The position numbers were made by a program, and so were the translations under genes. Source: Acidimicrobiia bacterium (lineage in GTDB: Bacteria; Actinomycetota; Acidimicrobiia; Spongiisociales; UBA11373). From it: DNA of 64,000 bases. Below are positions 11,070 through 21,139 of this stretch, piece by piece. Position 1 is the stretch's first letter. Each line of letters starts with the position of its first letter. The notes under the pieces were generated by a model. It ran no database searches, was not told where the DNA came from, and saw nothing but the letters and a program-made list of their open reading frames with translations. The stretch covers positions 48,371 to 112,370 of the forward strand of contig JAWVYO010000001.1 of NCBI GenBank assembly GCA_033722675.1. The letters run 5' to 3'.

Positions 11070-12649
11070 CGGCCCCCCGATCCGTTGCCCGACGGTTCCT
11101 CCTCCGCCACGTCGGCCTTCTTGACGGTGGTCGTCGTCCGGGTCGCGGTCGCCCCCTTCGCCGAGGGGGTCGAGCCGGCCTTCTTCGATGCGGCCTTCTT
11201 CGTCTTCTTCCCCGTGGTGCCCGTCCCCCGGCCCGCCCGCTCCGCGGCCGCTTCGAGGTCGTCCACCGACCCGGCGATCCGCTCCACGAAGCGGTCGATG
11301 TCGGGGACCAGGTCCCAGTCGGAGTTGACGCCCCAGTACATACGGCCGTCGTAGGAGAACAACGCCACGCCGATCCCGTGGTTCGCCCACAGCGGCACCA
11401 TCGGGTAGTTCGCCGTCATGCGCGCCCCCAGGAGGTAGAGCGGGATCTGGGGCCCGGGGACGTTCGTCACCGTCATGTTGAACGGACGGACCGTGCCCGC
11501 CGCCACCCGCGCCGCCACCGACAGCAGCGTCCCGGGGGTCCACGAGGCGGTCTGCGTGAGCATCGCGGCGCCGAGGGCCTGGTCGGTGTCCTTGAGGTGC
11601 GACGTCGCCTCCCGGACCCGGGCGAGGCGATCGGTGGCGTCCGGCTCGTCGATGGGCAGATCGATGAGCCACATCGTCACCTGGTTCCCGAGCTCGCCCT
11701 GCTGGTCGTCGTCGCGGATGCTGACCGGCACCATGACCCGGAAGTCGAGGTCGGACACGTCGACGCCCCGATCCTCGGCGAGGAAGCTGCGCACCGCGCC
11801 GGCGACGGCGGCGATGACCACGTCGTTGACGGTGCCCCCCAGCGCGTTCTTGATCCCCTTGACACGGTCCAGCTCGGTGTCGTGGAAGGCGATCCGCCGA
11901 TTCGGCCCGATCGGATCGTTGATCGGCGTGCGCGAGGCGTTGGAGAACCACCCGGACCTCGCCGAGTCGATCATCGCACCGACGCGGTGGCGCACCTCGT
12001 CGGCCACGTCCTTCGAGCTCTCCACGAACCCGGCGAGGCTCTTCGTCGCCTCGAGGGGGAGCCGGGCCCGCCGGATCGCCTCGTCGCGGAGCAGTTCGAG
12101 GCTCGACGGCGCCGGCCGCGGCTCGAACTCGTCGGGGTCCTCGATCGTGTCGTCGGCGAGCGGCGACAGCGTCACCTTCAGCAGGTCGACACCCGAGATG
12201 CCGTCGATCATGCAGTGGTGGACCTTCGTGACGAGCGCCACCTTGTCGTCCTGGAGGCCCTCGACCACCCAGATCTCCCACAGCGGCCGGGTCCGGTCGA
12301 GTCGCTGGCTGTAGATGCGTCCGGCGAGTGCCCGGAGCTGCTCGTCGCCGCCGGGCGCCGGCAACGCCGTGTGCCGAACGTGATAGGTGAGGTCGAAGTG
12401 CTCGTCGTCGACCCACACGGGGTGGCGCTCGATCGGGATCCACTCGAGGCGCTGGCGGTACCGGGGGATGTACTTGAGCCGTCCGGCGACGAAGGCACGC
12501 AGGCGCTCGATGTCGATGCCGCCGTCGGGCCGGCGGAGGTGCTCACCCTCGAAGACGAGGGTGCCGCCGACGTGCATCGGATGCTCCCGACCCTCCATCG
12601 CGAGGAACGTGGAGTCGAGGAAGGAGAGTCGCTCGTAGTGGGTGGACAT
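11066..12649 (-). CDS. wax ester synthase/diacylglycerol acyltransferase (WS/DGAT)
   Basis: Catalytic HHxxxDG motif (HHCMIDGISG). Start at MSTHYERLSFLDSTFL (12649). C-terminal Lys-rich tail GKKTKKAASKKAGS...VKKADV. Confidence 0.85.
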   Translation of the reverse strand: MSTHYERLSFLDSTFLAMEGREHPMHVGGTLVFEGEHLRRPDGGIDIERLRAFVAGRLKYIPRYRQRLEWIPIERHPVWVDDEHFDLTYHVRHTALPAPGGDEQLRALAGRIYSQRLDRTRPLWEIWVVEGLQDDKVALVTKVHHCMIDGISGVDLLKVTLSPLADDTIEDPDEFEPRPAPSSLELLRDEAIRRARLPLEATKSLAGFVESSKDVADEVRHRVGAMIDSARSGWFSNASRTPINDPIGPNRRIAFHDTELDRVKGIKNALGGTVNDVVIAAVAGAVRSFLAEDRGVDVSDLDFRVMVPVSIRDDDQQGELGNQVTMWLIDLPIDEPDATDRLARVREATSHLKDTDQALGAAMLTQTASWTPGTLLSVAARVAAGTVRPFNMTVTNVPGPQIPLYLLGARMTANYPMVPLWANHGIGVALFSYDGRMYWGVNSDWDLVPDIDRFVERIAGSVDDLEAAAERAGRGTGTTGKKTKKAASKKAGSTPSAKGATATRTTTTVKKADVAEEEPSGNGSGGR

Positions 12650-12699
12650 GCGGGGCCTCCCCCCGGGGCGGGCTGACGGGACCGGCGTAGGCTGCCCCA

Positions 12700-13593
12700 A
12701 TGCTACGGCGCACGGTTCGGCTGCGGGCACCCGTCGACCTGCGGGCGACGCTCGGGGCGCTGAGCGCCGGTCCGGCGGATCCGACCACGATCCTGCGCCC
12801 GGGCGAGGCGTGGCGGGGCACCAGGACACCCGATGGTCCCGCCACCCTCCGCCTGAGCGGATCCGGCCGTGTCGTCGATGCCGAGGCGTGGGGTCCGGGG
12901 GCCGGATGGCTCCTCGAGGCCGCTCCGGGGTTCGTGGGGGCCGACGACGAACCCTTCGCGTCGGACCATCCCCTCGTCGGGCGGCTGGCCCGCCGGCACG
13001 CAGGGCTGAGGGTCACACGCACCGCCCGGGTCGTCGAGGTCACGCTGCGCGCCGTGCTCGAACAGCGCGTGACGGGCCGCGAGTCGAAGCGGTCGTGGGC
13101 CCGGCTCGTCCGTGCCACCTCGGAGCCCGCCCCGGGCCCGGCGCCCGGTCTGTTCCTCCCGCCCGACCCGGCCGTCGTCGCCGGACTCGCTTACCACCGC
13201 TTCCATCCCATGGGGGTGGAACGCACCCGTGCCGAGACGCTCATCCGGGTGGCCCGCCACGCCCGGCGTCTGGAGGACACGGCGGCCATGCCCCTGGACG
13301 ACGCCCACCGACGCCTGCAGGCGGTCCGGGGTGTCGGGCCGTGGACCGCCGCCCTCGTCGCCGGGGTGGCCCTCGGCGACGCCGACGCCGTGCCGGTGGG
13401 CGACTACCACATCCCCAACACGGTCGCCTGGGCCCTGGCCGGAGAGCCGCGGGCGGACGACGACCGCATGCTCCACCTCCTCGAGCCCTTCACCGGCCAG
13501 CGCGGACGGGTCGTCCGTCTCCTGAAGGCGGCCGGCATCCGGGCCCCGAAGTACGGCCCGCGCGCACCGATCCGCTCCATCGAACGGATCTGA
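12700..13593 (+). CDS. DNA-3-methyladenine glycosylase II-like protein (AlkA/HhH-GPD superfamily)
   Basis: HhH-GPD region (LQAVRGVGPWTAALVAGVALGDADAVPVGDYHI) with an AlkA-like N-terminal domain. Confidence 0.7.
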   Translation: MLRRTVRLRAPVDLRATLGALSAGPADPTTILRPGEAWRGTRTPDGPATLRLSGSGRVVDAEAWGPGAGWLLEAAPGFVGADDEPFASDHPLVGRLARRHAGLRVTRTARVVEVTLRAVLEQRVTGRESKRSWARLVRATSEPAPGPAPGLFLPPDPAVVAGLAYHRFHPMGVERTRAETLIRVARHARRLEDTAAMPLDDAHRRLQAVRGVGPWTAALVAGVALGDADAVPVGDYHIPNTVAWALAGEPRADDDRMLHLLEPFTGQRGRVVRLLKAAGIRAPKYGPRAPIRSIERI

Positions 13594-13620
13594 TCGGGAA
13601 GCAGGAAGGGGCCCTCCCCC

Positions 13621-14559
13621 CTACACAGCGAAGCCGACGAAGGCCAGGAAGATCGTCAGGAGGACGGCGCCCTCCCAGCGGACGAGACGCCGTCCGGTGA
13701 GGACGAGGACGCCGGCGAGCAGCGCCGATCCGGCCATGAAGCCGGCCGCGATGCCGAAGGTGTCGTCGACCGGTCCGGGTCCGACGAGCCCGGCGGTGCC
13801 GGCCACCATGAGCGTGTTGAACAGGTTCGATCCGAGGACGTTGCCGAGCACGAGGTCGGTCTCGCTGCGGCGGGCTGCGGCGAGGGCGGTCGCGAGTTCG
13901 GGCAGCGAGGTCCCGACCGAAACGATGACCAGACCGACGAAGGCGTCGGAGATCCCGACCTCGTCGGCGAGGAGTCCGGCGCCGCGGACGAGGAACTCGG
14001 CGCCGAGCAGGGTCAGACCGAGGGTGAGGGTGCCCATGATCAGCTCGCGGGGGACGAACACGGCCTGGGCCTCGGGGACGTCGGGGTCGGGGGCGCGGCC
14101 CCGGGCGGCGTCCCGCCGGGCCCAGCGGATGAGCAGGAAGGCTGCGACGACCATTCCTCCGAACAGCCCCGCTGCCTCCCATCGATTCATCTCGAGGTCG
14201 AGCAGGAGGAAGGAGAACGTGACGACGGCGAGGAGCATGAGGCCTCCCTCCCGACGCACGATGGTGCCCCGGGAGAAGATCGTTCCCACGAGCGCCGTCG
14301 TCCCGAGCACGAGGGTCACGTTCGCGGTGTTCGACCCCACGACGTTGCCGATGGCCAGGTCGAGTTCGCCCCGTCCGGCCGCGAGCACGGAGACGAGGAG
14401 CTCGGGGGCGGAGGTGCCGAGCCCCACGACGAGGGCGCCGATGAGGATCGGCGACATGCCCCAGGCGCGCGACAGCCGTGCGGCGGCGAGGACGAACCGG
14501 TCGGCGGCGAGCGTGAGCAACAGCAGACCGGCGAGCAGCAGGGCGAGGGCGGTGATCAT
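13621..14559 (-). CDS. Ca2+/Na+ antiporter (CaCA family, YrbG-like)
   Basis: Two alpha-repeat motifs (GNVVGSNTANVTLVLG and GNVLGSNLFNTLMVAG) and about 10 TM helices. Confidence 0.8.
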   Translation of the reverse strand: MITALALLLAGLLLLTLAADRFVLAAARLSRAWGMSPILIGALVVGLGTSAPELLVSVLAAGRGELDLAIGNVVGSNTANVTLVLGTTALVGTIFSRGTIVRREGGLMLLAVVTFSFLLLDLEMNRWEAAGLFGGMVVAAFLLIRWARRDAARGRAPDPDVPEAQAVFVPRELIMGTLTLGLTLLGAEFLVRGAGLLADEVGISDAFVGLVIVSVGTSLPELATALAAARRSETDLVLGNVLGSNLFNTLMVAGTAGLVGPGPVDDTFGIAAGFMAGSALLAGVLVLTGRRLVRWEGAVLLTIFLAFVGFAV

Positions 14560-14595
14560 GAAGGGTCGTCGATCGTACCGGCGCGACCGCCGCGC

Positions 14596-15066
14596 TCAGC
14601 CGTCGCCGTTGTCGGCCCGGACGGCTTCGGCGATGCGCTCGAGCACGTCGGCGAGGACCCTCGCCTCGTCCTCGTCGACGTGGGCGGCGAAGTGCCGCTC
14701 GATGCCGGCGAGGTGTGTGGGGGCGGCCTCGGAGAAGATGCGCCGGCCTTCGGCGGTGAGCACGACGTCCATGCCGCGCCGGTCGGAGGGGCAGACCTGC
14801 CGTGTCACCAGCCCGGCATCCTCCATGCGATCGATGAACCGGGTGGCGGCGCTGCGGCTGACCAGCAGGCTGTCGGCGAGTTCGTGCATGCGGAGGCGAC
14901 CGTCGGGGGCCTCCCGCAGGTAGAGGAGCACCTCGTACCACGAGATCGGGAGGTCGTGGGTCTCGGCGAGTTCGGTGGAGAGGCGGTCGACGACCTCGGC
15001 GTGGGCGCGCAGCAGGTTGCGCCAGGCGGCCAGCTGCGTGCTGGTCATCGAGGTGGTGGGGGCCAT
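14596..15066 (-). CDS. MarR family transcriptional regulator
   Basis: Winged-HTH region (LYLREAPDGRLRMHELADSLLVSRSAATRFIDRMEDAGLV). Start trimmed to ATG 15066. Divergent from yceI, with palindromic operators in the intergenic region. Confidence 0.8.
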   Translation of the reverse strand: MAPTTSMTSTQLAAWRNLLRAHAEVVDRLSTELAETHDLPISWYEVLLYLREAPDGRLRMHELADSLLVSRSAATRFIDRMEDAGLVTRQVCPSDRRGMDVVLTAEGRRIFSEAAPTHLAGIERHFAAHVDEDEARVLADVLERIAEAVRADNGDG

Positions 15067-15088
15067 GGGGCGACCGTACCGCAAGAAA

Positions 15089-15141
15089 GTTGCAATATGC
15101 AACGAGTAGTCGACGTTGGGCGATATGTTGCACACTGCAAC
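15089..15141. promoter_or_regulatory. two perfect 15-bp palindromes GTTGCA-N3-TGCAAC (15089-15103 and 15127-15141) plus an extra TTGCA half-site at 15145; putative MarR operators
   Basis: Read directly in the AT-rich 106-bp intergenic region between divergent marR and yceI. Palindrome centres are 38 bp apart. AAGGAG RBS at 15161 precedes yceI GTG at 15173. Confidence 0.5.
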
Positions 15142-15172
15142 GATTGCACATCCCAATTAAAAGGAGCGATCC

Positions 15173-15742
15173 GTGACCACCACCACCGCCACCCGCACCG
15201 TCGACGGACTGAGCGTCCCCGCAGCCGGGACGTGGACCATCGACAAGGACCACTCGAAGGTCGAGTTCGTCGCCCGTCACCTCATGGTGACGAAGGTGCG
15301 GGGCTCCTTCGAGGACTACGCGGCCGAGATCGTCGTCGGTGACGATCCCACCGAGTCGAGCATCGACGTGACCATCCAGGCCGCTTCGATCACCACGGGT
15401 GCCGACGACCGCGATGCCCATCTCCGTTCCGGCGACTTCCTGGACGTGGAGACGTTCGAGACCCTGCGCTTCGTGTCCGACACGATCGAGCGGACGGACG
15501 ACGGCTGGGTCGCCCGGGGCGATCTGACGATCAAGGACGTCACCCGGCCCGTCGACCTCCGCTTCGACTTCCTCGGTGCCGCCACCGACCCCTGGGGCAA
15601 CGCCAAGGCAGGGTTCGAGGCGCGGACCGAGATCGACCGCGAGGACTTCGGCCTCACCTGGAACGTCGCCCTCGAGTCCGGTGGCGTCCTCGTCTCCAAG
15701 ACGGTGAAGATCGAGATCGACCTCCAGCTCGGCCAGGCCTGA
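15173..15742 (+). CDS. yceI: YceI family (polyisoprenoid-binding) protein
   Basis: YceI-like lipocalin sequence (WTIDKDHSKVEFVARHLMVTKVRGSFEDY...). GTG start 7 nt after AAGGAG. Confidence 0.85.
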   Translation: MTTTTATRTVDGLSVPAAGTWTIDKDHSKVEFVARHLMVTKVRGSFEDYAAEIVVGDDPTESSIDVTIQAASITTGADDRDAHLRSGDFLDVETFETLRFVSDTIERTDDGWVARGDLTIKDVTRPVDLRFDFLGAATDPWGNAKAGFEARTEIDREDFGLTWNVALESGGVLVSKTVKIEIDLQLGQA

Positions 15743-15760
15743 CCCCGAACCCGACCGTTC

Positions 15761-15789
15761 GAGGGGCGCCCCCGCCGGGGGCGCCCCTC
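15761..15789 (+). terminator. perfect 13-bp GC stem/3-nt loop hairpin downstream of yceI (GAGGGGCGCCCCC-GCC-GGGGGCGCCCCTC), with no U-tract
   Basis: Exact inverted repeat read in sequence 19 nt after the yceI stop. Confidence 0.45.
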
Positions 15790-15827
15790 GTCGCGTCCGG
15801 TGCGAGTCGGCGTCCTAGGCTCGTCGC

Positions 15828-16361
15828 ATGGCCGACCTCGATCGCGCGCTCGCCAGGATCCGCTCGGTCGCCGACGGTGTCGGACGGCGGATCCGCGGTT
15901 GGGCGACGGTCCTCCTCGTCGCAGCCCTGGCGTCGTGGTCGATCCTCCTCCGTTCCCGGATCTTCGACTCACTCGGCGCCGCGCTCCGATGGCTCCCCCT
16001 CCTCCTCGTCCTGGCACTCCCGGGCTGGATCCTGCTGCGCTTCGCCCGCCGGGTCCTCGCCCTCGGGCCGGCCGTCGACCGGATCGCCGACCGTGTCGAT
16101 GCCACGGTGGACGCCGCCCGCGAGGACGCGACGGCGGGCATCGCGGAGGCCCGGGCCGGGGGCGGCATCCGGGCACTGCTCCGCTCGCTGCGGGAACTCG
16201 GTCGTCACGGCGACGACGTCCGCGACATCGTCGCCGACGCCGCGGGCACGGCTCGGATCGTCACCCTCCCCTACCTCGCGGCCGTGGGCGCAGCGATCGC
16301 CGGCGCCGGCGTCGTCCTCACCGTGTTCCTGGTCGCCGTCGTCACCCTCCTGCTGTCGTAG
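15828..16361 (+). CDS. hypothetical membrane protein
   Basis: 177 aa with 3-4 TM helices and high GC3. Ends 10 nt before the MBL gene. Overlapping minus-strand ORFs are Arg/Pro-rich junk. Confidence 0.45.
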   Translation: MADLDRALARIRSVADGVGRRIRGWATVLLVAALASWSILLRSRIFDSLGAALRWLPLLLVLALPGWILLRFARRVLALGPAVDRIADRVDATVDAAREDATAGIAEARAGGGIRALLRSLRELGRHGDDVRDIVADAAGTARIVTLPYLAAVGAAIAGAGVVLTVFLVAVVTLLLS

Positions 16362-16371
16362 GCTCGACCGC

Positions 16372-17172
16372 ATGGACGAGTGGACCGAGATGGCCGACGG
16401 CGTGTTCGTGCGCCGGTACCGGTCGCTCGACCTGAACATCGGCGCCATCCTGTGTGGCGAGGGTGTGGTGCTGGTCGACACCCGGGGTGCCCACACCCAG
16501 GCACGCGAGCTCCAGTCCGATCTCCGGCGCATCACCCGGCTCCCCGTGGCGGCGGTCGTGAACACCCACCACCACTGGGACCACACCTTCGGCAACGCGA
16601 TCTTCGCGGGGGTGCCCATCTGGGGGCACACGAAGTGTGCGGAGATGCTGCAGGTCGCCGGCGAGTCCATGCGCGAGCAGGTGAAGGCCTGGGCCCCGCA
16701 GTTCGCCGACGTCTTCGACGAGGTCGAGATCACCCCGCCGGACCACGTCGTCTTCGCCCACGAGTCCATCAAGGTGGGCGACCGGCGCCTCGACCTGCGC
16801 CACCTGGGCCGCGGCCACACCGACAACGACCTCGTCGTCACGGTCCCCGACGCCGGGGTCCTCTTCGCCGGTGATCTCGTCGAGGAGAGCGCACCCCCGG
16901 CCTTCGGGGACTCCTTTCCGCTGGAGTGGCCGGACACCCTCGACGAGCTGCTCACCCTGTGCCGAGGCCCGGTCGTCCCCGGTCACGGCGCCGTCGCCGG
17001 CGTGAACTTCGTGGAGCAACAACGGGACGAACTCGCCGAGGTCCGACGGATCGCCCGGGAGCGCCACGCCGAAGGGCACTCGCCGGCCTCGGCCGCCGAG
17101 CTCGACGGGCCCTACCCGGCCGACGTCCTCGCCACCGCCTTCGAGCGGGCGTGGGAGGCCCTCGACGGATGA
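16372..17172 (+). CDS. MBL-fold metallo-hydrolase
   Basis: HxHxDH motif (NTHHHWDHTFGN) with downstream His/Asp ligands. Start MDEWTEMADG at 16372 inside the longer track ORF 15877-17172. Confidence 0.8.
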   Translation: MDEWTEMADGVFVRRYRSLDLNIGAILCGEGVVLVDTRGAHTQARELQSDLRRITRLPVAAVVNTHHHWDHTFGNAIFAGVPIWGHTKCAEMLQVAGESMREQVKAWAPQFADVFDEVEITPPDHVVFAHESIKVGDRRLDLRHLGRGHTDNDLVVTVPDAGVLFAGDLVEESAPPAFGDSFPLEWPDTLDELLTLCRGPVVPGHGAVAGVNFVEQQRDELAEVRRIARERHAEGHSPASAAELDGPYPADVLATAFERAWEALDG

Positions 17173-18062
17173 CCGCCCCCACCTGGTTCACTCGCTCGAT
17201 CGCCGCTCCCGCGTCGGATCGCACGACCACCGTGGAGGAGTGCGACATCCACTGGCTCGACTGGGCCGGCCCCTCCCCCGACGCCCCGGGCCTCGTGTTC
17301 GTACACGGCGGGGCGGCCCACGCCCACTGGTTCTCGTTCGTCGCCCCGATGTTCACCCATCAATGGCACGTCGCCGCCCTCGATCTCAGCGGACACGGCG
17401 ACTCGGGCCACCGTGATCGGTACGACTACCAGACCTGGGCCGCCGAGATCGTCGCCGTCTCGGAAGCGGCGGGATTCCCCGGACCCCCCGTGATCGTCGG
17501 ACACAGCATGGGGGGCACCGTGACGACCGCCCTCGCCGCCCACCACCCCGCCGCCGTCGCGGGCGCGATCATCGTCGACGCCCTGGTGTCCCGACCGGAC
17601 GCCGAGTCGGAGGCGGCGTCGCGGGGCCGCACGTTCCGCGCCCCGGGGGTCTACGACACCTTCGACGAAGCCCTCGGCCATTTCCGGCTCATCCCGCCGC
17701 AGCCGGCCTCCAACCCCTTCATCCTCGACCACATCGCCCGGCACTCCCTCCACGAGACCGATCGGGGTTGGACGTGGAAGTTCGATCCCCACGTCTTCGA
17801 TCGCGCCCGGGTCCTGCTCGGCGCCGACCAGGTGCGCTCCGTCACCACCCGGGTCGCCCTCCTGCGCGGCGAACACAGCGTCGTGGTCCCCCCGGACGTC
17901 GCCGAGTACCTCTACGGGCTCCTCGGACGTGTCGCGCCGGTGGTGACCGTCCCCGAGAGCCACCACCACGTGTTCGTCGATCAGCCCCTCGCCTTCATCA
18001 CGGCCATCCGGGCGCTGCTCCAGGACTGGGACCACTCGAGCCCCCGGCGCCCTCCGACCTAG
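17169..18062 (+). CDS. alpha/beta hydrolase
   Basis: Nucleophile elbow GHSMGG, HGGAAHA and catalytic His near the C-terminus. ATG 17169 overlaps the MBL stop (ATGA). Confidence 0.8.
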   Translation: MTAPTWFTRSIAAPASDRTTTVEECDIHWLDWAGPSPDAPGLVFVHGGAAHAHWFSFVAPMFTHQWHVAALDLSGHGDSGHRDRYDYQTWAAEIVAVSEAAGFPGPPVIVGHSMGGTVTTALAAHHPAAVAGAIIVDALVSRPDAESEAASRGRTFRAPGVYDTFDEALGHFRLIPPQPASNPFILDHIARHSLHETDRGWTWKFDPHVFDRARVLLGADQVRSVTTRVALLRGEHSVVVPPDVAEYLYGLLGRVAPVVTVPESHHHVFVDQPLAFITAIRALLQDWDHSSPRRPPT

Positions 18063-19003
18063 GCCTCCCCGGCCGAGGCGGCGACGTCGAAGGCGATGCC
18101 CGTCTCCCGTTCGGACACCTCCCAGAGGAGCCGCCCGTCGTCGGGTCGGCGCGACCAGGGCATGAGGGGTCGACGGACCGGAGCTCCCCAGTTCACGAAG
18201 CGGGGGGTGTAGAGGCTCCCACCGGCGGCGGCGGGGTCCGTCGCCGCCCGCAGCTGCGGGAGCACGCCCCGGTCGGGATCCATGCCCGTGAGGCTCGCCA
18301 GCCGATGCCAGAACCGCTGACTCACTCCGCCGTGGGTGCTCCGCACGCTCCGCGCCTGGAGGTCGGTGTTCGACAGGCCGGGGTGGGCGACGAGCGCCCG
18401 AGCATCGGTGCCCGCGGCGCGGAAGCGGCGGTCCAGCTCGAGGGCGAACTGCACGTTCGCCTCCTTCGACTGGCCGTAGGCGCGCCACGGGTCGTACGTC
18501 CGCTCCCGGAAATGGGGATCATCGGGATCCAGGGCACCGCCGTAGTGCCGCCCCGTGCTCGTGACGGTCACGACCCGGGCGGCGTCGGCCCGCAGCAGTG
18601 CCGGAGCGAGGTGGGCCGTGAGAGCGAAGTGCCCGAGATGGTTCACGCCGAACTGCAGCTCGAAGCCGTCGGCGGTGGTGCTCGGAGGCGTCGCCATCAC
18701 CCCCGCGTTGGCGACCAGGAGATCGATGGCGGGATGCGCACCCAGGATCTGGTCGGCGCACGCCCGAACCGACGCCAGCGAGGCGAGGTCGAGGTCCTGG
18801 ATCTCGAGGGCGGCACCGGGGACGCCGGCCAGGATCTCGTCGCGTGCCGTCGCCGCCTTCTCCTGGTCGCGGGCCGCCATGACGACGTGGGCGCCGGCGC
18901 CGGCCAGGGCCCTGGCGGTCTCGAGTCCGAGCCCCCCGTTGGCACCGGTGACGACGGCCACACGGCCGGTCTGGTCGGGGATGTCGGCGGTGGTCCAGGC
19001 CAT
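18059..19003 (-). CDS. SDR family oxidoreductase (retinol dehydrogenase-like)
   Basis: TGANGGLG cofactor motif and YGQSK catalytic motif. Start [10 protein letters not shown] at 19003. Converges on and overlaps the hydrolase stop by 4 nt. Confidence 0.85.
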   Translation of the reverse strand: MAWTTADIPDQTGRVAVVTGANGGLGLETARALAGAGAHVVMAARDQEKAATARDEILAGVPGAALEIQDLDLASLASVRACADQILGAHPAIDLLVANAGVMATPPSTTADGFELQFGVNHLGHFALTAHLAPALLRADAARVVTVTSTGRHYGGALDPDDPHFRERTYDPWRAYGQSKEANVQFALELDRRFRAAGTDARALVAHPGLSNTDLQARSVRSTHGGVSQRFWHRLASLTGMDPDRGVLPQLRAATDPAAAGGSLYTPRFVNWGAPVRRPLMPWSRRPDDGRLLWEVSERETGIAFDVAASAGEA

Positions 19004-19047
19004 CGTGCTCCTCGGGGTCTCTCCGGGAGCGTACGGGGGAGGTGCCG

Positions 19048-20631
19048 TCAACCGGACAGGCGGACGACGAGTCCCTCGTCGGGTCCCAGCACGACCGACC
19101 CCTCGACGGCCTCGCCGATGCGGTCCATCCCGGTCGACACCTCGACGATCCCGGACCCGAGCTCGACCGTGGTCGACGCCCCCACGAACGACAGCGCGAC
19201 GGCGAACTCGCCACCCCGGGTGTAGGCGAAGACGCCCGATGGCGTCCCCGGCATCGTCCTGTAGGTGCCGGCGTGGAGCGCCGGCTCGGCGCGCCGCAAC
19301 CGCAGCAGGCGCCGGGTGAGTGCCAGCATCGATCTCGGATCGTCCCGCTGGTCGGCCACCGACGTCCTCCCGGCCGCGGTACCGAAGGGCAGCCAGGGCT
19401 CGGTGGAGCCGAACCCGAACCCGGTGCCGGCATCCGACGTCCAGAGCATCGGCGTCCGGCACCCGTCGCGCCCCTGCCCCTCCTCCCGCAGCGCCCAGGG
19501 GTCCTGACGGGCGGCACTCGGCACCTCGACCTCCGGCATCCCGATCTCGTCGCCGTAGTAGATCGTCGGCGTGCCCCGGAGTGTCAGCAGCATCGCCATC
19601 GCGACCCGGGCGCGCGCCTCGCTGCCGGCCCGCGTGGCGATCCGCGCCACGTCGTGGTTGCCCAGCACGTGGTTCGGCCACCCGTGGTCCGGAACCACGG
19701 CCTCGACCGCCTCCACCGCCTCCCGGTAGGCCGCCGCCTCCCACGGCAGCAGCACGTAGGCGAAGTTGAAGGGCATGTGGAGGCCGTCCCCGTCGCCGTA
19801 GTAGGACGCCCACACCCCGAGGTCGTGCTCGGCGATCTCGCCGACGGTGTACCGGTCCGGGTACTCGTCGACGACGCTGCGCATCTCCCGGAACACCTCG
19901 TGGATGTCGGGATGGCCGCCGTCGTGCACGTGGACCTGCGAGTCGAAGGGCATCCGGCGGTGCAGGCCCGACACGTACCCGGGGTGTGCCGGCGGGTTGT
20001 CCCGGAGTCCCGGGTCCTTCATCGGCAGGTGGGCGACATCGATCCGGAACCCGTCCACCCCGCGCTCCAGCCAGAAGCGCATGACGTCGTACATGGCCTC
20101 CCGCACCTCCGGATTGCGCCAGTTGAGGTCCGGCTGCTCGGGGAGGAACAGATGGAGGTAGCACTGGCCCGTCCTCTCGTCGAGGGTCCAGGCCGGTCCA
20201 CCGAAGTGCGACAGCCAGTTGTTCGGGAGCGTCCCGTCGGGCTTCGGGTCCCGCCAGACGTACCAGTCCCGCTTCGGGTCGTCCCGCGACGAGCGCGATG
20301 CCCGGAACCAGCGGTGCCGGTCCGACGTGTGGTTGGGCACGTAGTCGACGATCACCCGGAGATCACGGTCGTGACATGCCGCGATGAGGGCGTCGGCGTC
20401 GTCGAGCGTGCCGAAGATCGGGTCGACGTCGCGGTAGTCCTCGACGTCGTAGCCGAAGTCGGCCATCGGCGACCGGTAGAAGGGCGACACCCACACCGCG
20501 TCCACACCCAGGTCGACCAGGTGGTCGAGGCGCTCGACGATCCCCGGCAGGTCGCCGATCCCGTCACCGGTCGTGTCCATGAACGACCGCGGATAGATCT
20601 GGTAGATCACCCCGTGCTGCCACCACGTCAT
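19048..20631 (-). CDS. GH13 alpha-glucosidase / oligo-1,6-glucosidase family
   Basis: GH13 regions [24 protein letters not shown] and GNHD. Conserved N-terminus [17 protein letters not shown]. Confidence 0.85.
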   Translation of the reverse strand: MTWWQHGVIYQIYPRSFMDTTGDGIGDLPGIVERLDHLVDLGVDAVWVSPFYRSPMADFGYDVEDYRDVDPIFGTLDDADALIAACHDRDLRVIVDYVPNHTSDRHRWFRASRSSRDDPKRDWYVWRDPKPDGTLPNNWLSHFGGPAWTLDERTGQCYLHLFLPEQPDLNWRNPEVREAMYDVMRFWLERGVDGFRIDVAHLPMKDPGLRDNPPAHPGYVSGLHRRMPFDSQVHVHDGGHPDIHEVFREMRSVVDEYPDRYTVGEIAEHDLGVWASYYGDGDGLHMPFNFAYVLLPWEAAAYREAVEAVEAVVPDHGWPNHVLGNHDVARIATRAGSEARARVAMAMLLTLRGTPTIYYGDEIGMPEVEVPSAARQDPWALREEGQGRDGCRTPMLWTSDAGTGFGFGSTEPWLPFGTAAGRTSVADQRDDPRSMLALTRRLLRLRRAEPALHAGTYRTMPGTPSGVFAYTRGGEFAVALSFVGASTTVELGSGIVEVSTGMDRIGEAVEGSVVLGPDEGLVVRLSG

Positions 20632-20657
20632 CGTGGCGAGGAGGCTACCCGTGGTCC

Positions 20658-21113
20658 CTACAGGTCGAACGACCAGACGGGGTCGGTGATCGTGAAGTCG
20701 ACCGCCGGACCGGCCGCGACGAGGAACCCGAAGAGCACGAGGCCGCCGCCCGCCATCGACAGGTTCTTCATGAAGTGGCTCGTCTGGTGCCGCTGCTCCA
20801 CCGGATCGGTGTCCGTCCAGAAGTGGTGCACCAGGACGGCGGCGACGAGCGAGTACGCGACGAGTCCCAACACGGCGAGGTCGGCCCAGACCCCGAAGCC
20901 GACGCCGAGGCCGCCGGCCACGATCCCCAGCCCGCTGAACAGGACGAGCGGCGTCGCCGCCGGCACACCCCGCGATGCCGCGTACCTCGACGTCTCCTCC
21001 ATCCGTACGAGATGACGCACGATCCCCGACCCGACGAACACCAGGGCGTAGAGGATCCGACCGATCAGGATGACGAGGCTCACGGGACTCCCGGGTGTGC
21101 GCGATGCAATCAT
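20658..21113 (-). CDS. DoxX family membrane protein
   Basis: 151 aa, four TM helices, DoxX-like. Start MIASRTPG at 21113. Confidence 0.7.
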   Translation of the reverse strand: MIASRTPGSPVSLVILIGRILYALVFVGSGIVRHLVRMEETSRYAASRGVPAATPLVLFSGLGIVAGGLGVGFGVWADLAVLGLVAYSLVAAVLVHHFWTDTDPVEQRHQTSHFMKNLSMAGGGLVLFGFLVAAGPAVDFTITDPVWSFDL

Positions 21114-21139
21114 GGCATCCCCCACCTCGACCCGCCGGC

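Noticed and set aside
13490-15421. 643-aa minus-strand ORF spanning the CaCA, marR and yceI loci
   Set aside because: Runs through three well-supported genes on both strands and the AT-rich operator region. The translation is Arg/Pro/Gly repetitive.
15877-16371. N-terminal extension of the MBL ORF (15877-17172)
   Set aside because: The extension is Ser/Arg/Pro-rich and overlaps the better-supported membrane protein frame at 15828-16361. The MBL domain starts at the ATG at 16372.
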